Positions 52,591 through 64,000 of a stretch of 64,000 nucleotides of DNA are shown piece after piece (position 1 is the first letter of the stretch; each line of letters begins with the position of its first letter). The notes below the pieces were generated by a model. It saw only the letters and a list, made by a program, of their open reading frames with translations, made no database searches and was not told the DNA's origin. Made by a program: the position numbers and the translations under genes. Source of the DNA: an uncultured delta proteobacterium (GTDB taxonomy: Bacteria; Myxococcota; Kuafuiibacteriia; Kuafuiibacteriales; Kuafuiibacteriaceae); the NCBI GenBank assembly GCA_963803435.1, contig CAWDML010000009.1, positions 352,001-416,000 on the forward strand. Reading direction: 5' to 3'.

Positions 52591-53574
52591 ATGAACAGCC
52601 CAGAGACACCGCTTCACGTCGTCGCCGGCGCCGGTCAGATCGGGCCGCAGGTGGCGGAGCGGCTCCTCGCCCGCGGCCTGCGGGTGCGGATGCTCCGCCG
52701 CCGTCCCTTCCAGGGCGCGAGCGGAATCCCCGCCGGCTTGGAGACAGCCTCGGTCGATCTCTGCGATCCGGCGGCCGCCGCCGAGGCGATGCGCGGGGCC
52801 GAGGTGGTCTATCACTGCGCGAACCCGGCCTATCACCGCTGGGACGAGCTGTTGATGCCGCTGACGCGCGGGATCGTCGAGGGCGCGACCCGGGCCGAGG
52901 CTCGGCTGGTCGCACTCGACAACCTCTACATGTATGGCACCCCGAGCGACGGCGTGATGCGAGAGGACTCACCGCTGGCGCCCCAATCGCACAAGGGCGA
53001 GCTGCGGGTCGAGGCCGCCGAGCTCATGCTCTCCGCCGACCGGCGCGGTGACCTGCGCGTCGCGGTGGCGAGGGCCAGCGATTACTTCGGGCCGGGTATC
53101 ACGCTGACCTCGCTCTTCGGAGATCGCTTCTGGCGGCGCCTGATCGGCGGCGCCCGCACGGTGGAGTGTCTCGGCGATCCCGATCAGCCCCACGCCTACT
53201 CGTACGGGCGCGACGTGGCCGACGGCCTGGTCACGCTCGGCACCACGCCGGCCGACGACGCCTATGGCCGGGTCTGGCATCTGCCGGTGCTGCCCGCCGA
53301 GCCGACGCGCGCCTGGATCGAGCGCTTCGCCCGCGAGGCCGGGCGCTCACCCAGGATCACGACGATGTCGCCGCTCATGCTCAAGATCGTCGGGCTCTTC
53401 ATCCCGGAGGCGAGCGGCGTGCCCGAGATGATCTACCAGTGGAAGGGACCGTTCATCCTCGATGACTCGGCCTTCCGCGCGCGCTTCGGCGCAGCGCCCA
53501 CACCCGTGGACACCGTGGTGCGCGACACCGTCGCCTGGGCGAGGGAGGCCTACCGGCGGCGCGCGGCGGCCTGA
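52591..53574 (+). CDS. NAD-dependent epimerase/dehydratase family protein
   Basis: GAGQIG, DNLYMYG, KGELR, DYFGP. Confidence 0.88.
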   Translation: MNSPETPLHVVAGAGQIGPQVAERLLARGLRVRMLRRRPFQGASGIPAGLETASVDLCDPAAAAEAMRGAEVVYHCANPAYHRWDELLMPLTRGIVEGATRAEARLVALDNLYMYGTPSDGVMREDSPLAPQSHKGELRVEAAELMLSADRRGDLRVAVARASDYFGPGITLTSLFGDRFWRRLIGGARTVECLGDPDQPHAYSYGRDVADGLVTLGTTPADDAYGRVWHLPVLPAEPTRAWIERFAREAGRSPRITTMSPLMLKIVGLFIPEASGVPEMIYQWKGPFILDDSAFRARFGAAPTPVDTVVRDTVAWAREAYRRRAAA

Positions 53575-53608
53575 GCAAGGGCGTCGCGTTTCGGGTCGCT
53601 CGGCACGA

Positions 53609-56600
53609 TCACCCTGCCGCCGTGCGCGCGGGTGCGTCCACCAGGTCCGCGCGGGCGGCGCGGCGCGCCTCGTACTGCGCGAGCGCCCAGATGGGGAAGT
53701 AGCTCTTGTAGAGGACGTAATCGAGGAGCGCCGTGTGGAAGAAGATCCCCGCCGGATCCTGCTTCGGCCACTCGCCGTTCTCGAGCTGCATCTCGGCCAG
53801 GTACCCGGCGGCGCGCTCGACTGCGTCCCACGTGGGGTCGGCGGCCTCGATGAGCGTCGAGAGCGCCCACGCCGTCTGCACCACCTGGCTCTCCTTGCCC
53901 TCGACGTACTCGCGTCGCGTCAGGTCCTTGCGCTCGGACCAGCCACCGTCGTCTCGCTGCCGCGCCAAGAGGTAGCCGCAGGCCCGTCGGATCGCGGGAT
54001 CCTGCGGCGGTGAGCCGGCGGCCAGCAGGCCGCGCACGCCGAACATGGTGCCGTAGATGAAGTTGACGCCCCAGTTGCCCTCCCAGGACCCGTCGGGATT
54101 CTGGAGGGTGCGGATCCGCTCGCCCCCGCGTGCGATGGCGCGGTCGAGCTCGGCCGTCAGCACGGTGGGGAAGCGCTCGCGGAACTCGGCCAGCGCGGCC
54201 ACGCAAGACGCGGTGCACTCGACGTAGGAGTGCTCAGTCATCGAGTCGCCGAACATCTCGGCCGGGTTGAGCCACTCCAGCGAGAACTGGACGCGGCGGG
54301 CCTCGTAGCTGCCGAAGCCACCGTCCCCGTTCTGGCACTGGAGGATGAACCGGGCCGCCGAGACCAGGTCCTCCTTGCTGGCCGTCGACTGCGGGCTCTC
54401 GAGCCGCGCCAGGAGGGCCTCGGCGGTGCAGTCGCTGACCGGCCAGCCGTGCCATCCGCCGGCGAAGCAGAAGCCACCCTTGGGATCGAGCCGGTAGTGG
54501 AGCGACTCGTCGCCGAAGCTGTTCTTGATCTGGTTCTGCGCCAGGAAGCGATCGGCGCGCTGGAGCATGCGATCGACGTCGGCGTAGGGACGCGCCGCGA
54601 CCAGCGCCTGCACCACGAAGCCGGTGTCCCAGGTGGCGCTGCGCGCGCCGGTGACGCGCAGGCCGTCGACCTCGTCCTCCCAGATCCAGCCCTCGAAGCG
54701 CTCGAGCGCCAGCTTCACGTCGGGATCCTCGGGATCGGACAGCCAGAGCGCGACGATGTTGAGGAGCCCGCTCACCGGCGAGATGCTGGTGTGCGAGCTG
54801 GTCTTGAGCTCGTAGCGGATGTGCTCGCGCATCTCGTCGAGCACCGCCTTGGTGCGGCTCTTCAATCGCGGCAGCTTCTCGAACGCCTTCATTGCCTGGT
54901 AGGCGACCTTCAGCGGCGCCGAAGGCGGCGTGAAGATCTCCTGCGCGCGGAGCTGCGTGCGCGCCTTCTTGAAGTCGACGTTCTCGTAGCCCTCCGGATA
55001 GAGCTCCTTGCGCAGCGCGCGGATCAGCGAGGTGCAGTGGGTCTGGAACTTCGACGCGTAGATGGTCGCCATCCCCAGATAGATCATCCGCGTGTGGCAG
55101 TAGTAGCGGGACGGGTGGAGCGGGCTCCACTTGGGGAGCAGCCAGGCCTCAGGCAGCACCGGGTTGGCGCCCGACCAGTCGTAGAGGTTGAGCATTGCCA
55201 GCCAGAACTTGCCCCAGCTCGGGATCTGGGCGACGCCGCCCTCGCGGCAGATGAAGCGGCCCGCGTCTCGGATCAGCGGATCGTCGGGCGCGACGCCGAG
55301 CAGGCGGGCCGCCACGTACACCAGCGCGGTGACGAACAGGTAGGGCTCGGAGAGCCACTCGTGCATGCCCCAGGCGCCCCCGGGGAGGCGCGTCTTGGCG
55401 AACTGCTTGAGGATGCGGCGGCGGCGCCCCTCATCGAGCGGAATATCGAGGAGGTGACAGACGATCGCGTACTGCGCGGCCAGCATCGGGCACCACACGA
55501 CCTCGCCCTCCCAGGAGCCGTCGTCGCCCTGGTGCGCGCCGAGGGCCTCGGTGCCGCGCCGGAGCGCCTCCAGCGGATCGCGCTGCTGCTTGCGAGAGGC
55601 CGCCTCGAAGAGGGACGGGTGGTCGACGACCTCGGCCTTCGGCATCGAGACGCGCAGCGCCGAGCCGTAGTATTCCTGGACCGACTTCGCCACGTCCTTG
55701 GTGGGCTCGGGGTTGGCCAGGTGGAGCGCGCCGGTCACCAGCCAGCGGATGCGATCGCCGAGCTCGCCGGTCACGTCCTTCACGTGATCCCAGTGGCCGG
55801 TGCGGAAGCCCTCCTGCACCAGGTTCTGGGCGCAGTTGCCGACCGCCGAGAGGAACGACCACCCGAACGCCAGCCCGTTCGAGTTCTGGCCGGCCAGGAA
55901 GCCCATGGTGCGCATGCGCTCCGCCGGGTTCCGGCGCCACATCTCGAAGATCGCGCGGCGGATCTCCACCGTCTCGTCCGACGGATCGGCGAAGACCTCG
56001 TACAGCGCGATGGCCAGCATCTCGGGGACGCGGCTCTTGAGGAGGCGGTCGCGGCGGTAGGCAGAGAAGCTCTTGGCATCGGCGAGCGTCACGGCGTCGC
56101 GGAAGCCGAGCGTCATGCCGACCGCGGTCAGCGGGTGGTGGTGGCCGACGGCGTCGCCGATCAGCGCCAAGCCTTCGCGCCCGAACTCGATCCGCGGGCG
56201 GATCTGGTTGGCGGCCCATGCGATCGATCCCTTTTCGAGCGCGCGGCGGAAGGCGGGGCGGAGCTCCTCGGGCATCACGGTCCGGAAGCCCTCCCAGAGC
56301 ACCGCCTGCTTGTTGCGGTTCACCGGGATCGAGATGGGGACGTCGAGGCAGAGGCGGATGCGATCGTGCGCGATGCGATAGGCGAGCACGGGTCCGGGGC
56401 CGCCCAGGAACACGTGACCGAAGCCCTCGAAGGGCATGCGGGCGTCCTCGAGCAGGATGCCTGCCATGCGGGAGTAGGAGACCACTTCGCGCTCGATGCC
56501 GAGCGAGTCATGTCCGATGGAGGCCTTGCCGCTGGCGCCGATGATCAGCTCGACGCGGATGGTGAACGTCTTGGCGGCGCGCGTCTGGTAGGTGAGGTGC

Positions 56601-56995
56601 TGGCCGTTGATGCGGGTGGCCTTGGCGTACGGGAGGTACTCGATCAGATCACTGGCCTCGCAGCACGCCCGAAGGCGCTCGACCAGCCGCGAGTGCTCGA
56701 CTGCGAAGCCGTATACGCCGGCCTCGTACGGCAGCACGATCGGAGCGGTGCCGTCGTCGGGGAACACGGCGAAGCCGCGGCCGCTCTCGTACGGAACCTC
56801 GGGCGCGACGTCGACGCCGAGGTCACGCAATATCTGATACGCGGTCGGGTGCAGCCACTCGCCGGCCAGCCGCTCCGAGGCCTGCGGGTTGGCCTCGAGC
56901 AGGAGGACGCGCTTGTGCTTCTCGGCGAAGGCGAGGGCGGCCACGCATCCGCAGGGGCCGGCACCGATGATCGCGACGTCGTACGTATTCGCCAT
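53609..56995 (-). CDS. Squalene epoxidase-oxidosqualene cyclase fusion (1128 aa)
   Basis: N-terminal GAGPCG, RLAGEWLHP, GDAVGHHHPLTAVGMT; C-terminal IPSWGKFWL, YCHTR, SDCTAEA, QW repeats, WGVNFIYGT. Confidence 0.93.
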   Translation of the reverse strand: MANTYDVAIIGAGPCGCVAALAFAEKHKRVLLLEANPQASERLAGEWLHPTAYQILRDLGVDVAPEVPYESGRGFAVFPDDGTAPIVLPYEAGVYGFAVEHSRLVERLRACCEASDLIEYLPYAKATRINGQHLTYQTRAAKTFTIRVELIIGASGKASIGHDSLGIEREVVSYSRMAGILLEDARMPFEGFGHVFLGGPGPVLAYRIAHDRIRLCLDVPISIPVNRNKQAVLWEGFRTVMPEELRPAFRRALEKGSIAWAANQIRPRIEFGREGLALIGDAVGHHHPLTAVGMTLGFRDAVTLADAKSFSAYRRDRLLKSRVPEMLAIALYEVFADPSDETVEIRRAIFEMWRRNPAERMRTMGFLAGQNSNGLAFGWSFLSAVGNCAQNLVQEGFRTGHWDHVKDVTGELGDRIRWLVTGALHLANPEPTKDVAKSVQEYYGSALRVSMPKAEVVDHPSLFEAASRKQQRDPLEALRRGTEALGAHQGDDGSWEGEVVWCPMLAAQYAIVCHLLDIPLDEGRRRRILKQFAKTRLPGGAWGMHEWLSEPYLFVTALVYVAARLLGVAPDDPLIRDAGRFICREGGVAQIPSWGKFWLAMLNLYDWSGANPVLPEAWLLPKWSPLHPSRYYCHTRMIYLGMATIYASKFQTHCTSLIRALRKELYPEGYENVDFKKARTQLRAQEIFTPPSAPLKVAYQAMKAFEKLPRLKSRTKAVLDEMREHIRYELKTSSHTSISPVSGLLNIVALWLSDPEDPDVKLALERFEGWIWEDEVDGLRVTGARSATWDTGFVVQALVAARPYADVDRMLQRADRFLAQNQIKNSFGDESLHYRLDPKGGFCFAGGWHGWPVSDCTAEALLARLESPQSTASKEDLVSAARFILQCQNGDGGFGSYEARRVQFSLEWLNPAEMFGDSMTEHSYVECTASCVAALAEFRERFPTVLTAELDRAIARGGERIRTLQNPDGSWEGNWGVNFIYGTMFGVRGLLAAGSPPQDPAIRRACGYLLARQRDDGGWSERKDLTRREYVEGKESQVVQTAWALSTLIEAADPTWDAVERAAGYLAEMQLENGEWPKQDPAGIFFHTALLDYVLYKSYFPIWALAQYEARRAARADLVDAPARTAAG

Positions 56996-57002
56996 GGGTC
57001 CC

Positions 57003-58120
57003 TCAGATCGAGGCGAGGAGCCTCGCCGCCGTATGCCTCACCACCTTCTTCTCGCTGAGCTGGACCGCCCAGTCGAACAGGGGTGAGGCGGCCGCCCGCC
57101 GAAAGAGTGCGCCTCCCAAGAAGGAGGCTTGGAAGGCGAGCTTGCAGCGCCGCTCGTAGGTCGCGAGCGCGTGCCGCTCGGTGGCGTGGTGGGAGAGGGC
57201 GGCGGCCACCGCCTCGGCGGCCAGCATGCCCGACCGCATGCCTTGATAGATGCCCTCGGCCGTCGCTGGATGGGTCATCATGCCCGACTCACCGAGGATG
57301 AGCTTCCCCGGTCCGGTCAGATGGCCGACCCGCAGGCTGTAGGCGATCGGGTGGCCCTTCCAGTCGCCGAGCTGGAGCGCGCCCGCGAGCCGCTTCTGGT
57401 AGTGCGCGTCGAGGAAGCGCTGGAAGAGCTGCCGCGCGTTCTCTTTCTTGTGCCGCGAGTCCGGGTACGTGATGCCGATGTTCACCACCGTGTCGCTCTC
57501 GGGGAAGAGCCAGCCGTAGTAGGGCGCGAGCATGCGGTCGAACGCCATCTCGAGGATGTTGGGCATGAACGGCACGCCCTCCCACCAGCCCATGATGGCG
57601 TGAATGATCCGGCGCGAGCCGCGCGGCTTCACACCGAGACGGCAGTGGGCACCTCCGGCGACCAGCGTGTACTCGGCGGTGAACCGACGCCCGTCGCGGG
57701 CCTCGAACCCGACCACCCGGCCGTCCTCCTCGATGAGTCGGTCGGCGACCACATGGGGGACGAAGGTGGCGCCGCGCGCGCGCGCCTTCTCGAGCAACAC
57801 CTGATCGAAGACGCGCCGGTTGCAGACGATCGCCTCGGCGTGGTCGCCGGCCGACTGGATGGCCTCGTGCCCGCGCGGCGTGACGAGGCGGACACCCTTG
57901 ATAGGGTATGCGTGGCGCTCGATCGTCTCCCAGACACCGAGCTCGCGCAGGACCTTGATCCCCTTGGGCGAGATGCCGCTGCCGCACGTCTTGTCCCTGG
58001 GGAAGTCGTGCTTGTCGACCAGCACCACGTCCCTGAGACCGAGCTGGCCGAGGTGCGCCGCGGCTGCCGTTCCGGCCGGGCCCGCACCGATGATCGCGAC
58101 ATCGGCTCGGTACCGGGTTG

Positions 58121-58124
<4 letters not shown>
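57003..58124 (-). CDS. Geranylgeranyl-reductase-family FAD oxidoreductase
   Basis: GAGPAG, FPRDKTCGSG, YGWLFP, HPATAEGIYQGM. Confidence 0.85.
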
Positions 58125-62519
<4,395 letters not shown>

Positions 62520-62567
62520 TCGTCGTCGACCTGGCCGTCGACGTCAAGGGTCTGGTATGGGCGCGCC

Positions 62568-63819
62568 GTGCGGTTCCCGCTCTTCTGTTCAGTCGTAGTC
62601 GTCACTTTTGTCGGTCAGATGTCGGTTGCAGAAGCGAGCAGTGCTCAGCTGATCGGCGTCACGCCTCGGGCGATGGCCTTAGGGGGTGCCTACACGGCGG
62701 CGGCGAACGACGCCGCCAGCCTGGTGTACAACCCTGCCGGGCTGCCGCGGGTGGACGGCAGCCTGATCCAGCTGACGTTCCACTTCAGCTTCCCGAACCT
62801 GGACTCGACCGATCCGCCCCACGACGTCGGCTACGGTCTCCACCTCGCCTGGAGCCCCACCAGCATCCTGGGCGGTCACCTCGGCCTGGGCTTCTCGATG
62901 GTGCTCCCCCACAAGAAGGCGCTCCGCTTCCAGGTCCACCGCTTCGAGGATCCGTACTTCGTCCTCTACGAGAACAGCATCGACGTCCTCCAGATCCGCG
63001 CCGGGATCGCCTACGACATCCTCGACATCGTCTCGATCGGCGTGTCCGGCATGCTGCTCGCCGGGCTCGACGGACAGGTCACGCTGGTCACCCCTTTCCA
63101 GGACGCCGACATGGTCGACGACACCCAGCGCACCGTGCTCGAGCTCCGCGCCGTCCTCCCCAACCAGGCCTTCTTCAACGCCGGCATCCAGGTCCATCCC
63201 ACCTCGCGCCTCACCCTCGGCCTCACCTTCCAGCAGGAGACCTACGTCCCCATCCAGCTCCCGATCGACTTCTCCCTCCAGAATCCTCGGCCTCACCGTG
63301 CAGACCGTCGCCAACCTCGACGTCAAGGTGAAGTACACGCCCCACCACCTCGCCTTCGGCGCCGCCTACCAGATCACCGACGACCTCCTCGTGACCGCCG
63401 ACCTCGACTACGCCCTCTACTCCCACTACCAGGTCCCCACCGGCCTGGTGAACCTCGAGGGCGGTCTCGAAGGCATCGTCCTCCTCCCGCCCCGGGCCCC
63501 CAAGCTCAGCCTGCGCGATCTCTGGATCCCCCGCCTCGGCGTGGAGTGGCGCCCGATCAATCTGATCACGCTCCGCGCCGGCTACTGCTTCTTCCGCTCC
63601 TTCATCCGAAGCTCCAACGCCCCCATCCTCGACAGCGACAAGCACGCCGTGAGCCTCGGCGTGGCGTACGCGCTCGGAAAGCACTTCCTCGACGAGGGCC
63701 AGGCGCTGGACCTGACGGCGTCGGGGCAGGCGTTGATCTATTCGAACCGCGAGCTCGCCGGCGAGCACGTGGCCGGCCAGGTGTTCAGCACGACCTTCGG
63801 CGCGGAGCTGAAGTATTAG
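62568..63819 (+). CDS. FadL/TodX-like outer-membrane lipid channel, probable +1 frameshift near 63282
   Basis: Signal peptide, RAMALGGAYTAAANDAASLVYNPAGL, RLGVEW, LRAGY, amphipathic strands, terminal Tyr. Confidence 0.8.
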
Positions 63820-64000
63820 CGGCCTCGCACGCGCGCGTGTGCACACGTCGGCGGAAGGATGGAGAGCGCCTCGGCGTGGGGCTTTGGAGGCACCGCATCG
63901 CATCGCGCTCCTTCTCAGCCGGGGTGCCCGTCTTCCGAGCGAAGGTGAGCGGCGCGCACTTCGTCCGGTGGCGCGCGCGTTCGCTTTCCGCTTTTGGCTC

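Overview
GC-rich bacterial chromosomal window. Gene content (CglB-like VWA lipoprotein, Cys-rich lipoproteins, ECF/DUF4384/caspase operon, paired sigma-54 activators) points to a myxobacterium (Myxococcota); this is inferred, not verified. Layout: cinA-recA-orphan DNA methyltransferase; acyl-CoA carboxylase beta subunit with a MacAB-like ABC exporter; lipoprotein and metabolic genes; a mobile region at 24.8-33.2 kb with two inverted copies of an IS1182-family element carrying a four-helix-bundle pseudogene, plus an IS630; an ECF sigma/anti-sigma/caspase operon; and a FixL-like heme-PAS kinase with two NtrC-type activators beside USP/CBS stress genes preceded by several sigma-54 promoter motifs. 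At the right end is a very compact triterpenoid/sterol locus: an HMG-CoA reductase-prenyltransferase-squalene synthase-SDR fusion, a geranylgeranyl-reductase-like gene, a squalene epoxidase-oxidosqualene cyclase fusion, and a divergent FadL-like channel. Non-coding highlights are a 51-bp frame-preserving repeat with two GGA-loop hairpins at two gene junctions and a candidate sRNA at about 5.1-5.2 kb. Several genes carry single-base frameshifts, mostly at GATC, which are probably sequencing errors. All calls come from motif recognition by eye; no database searches were run.
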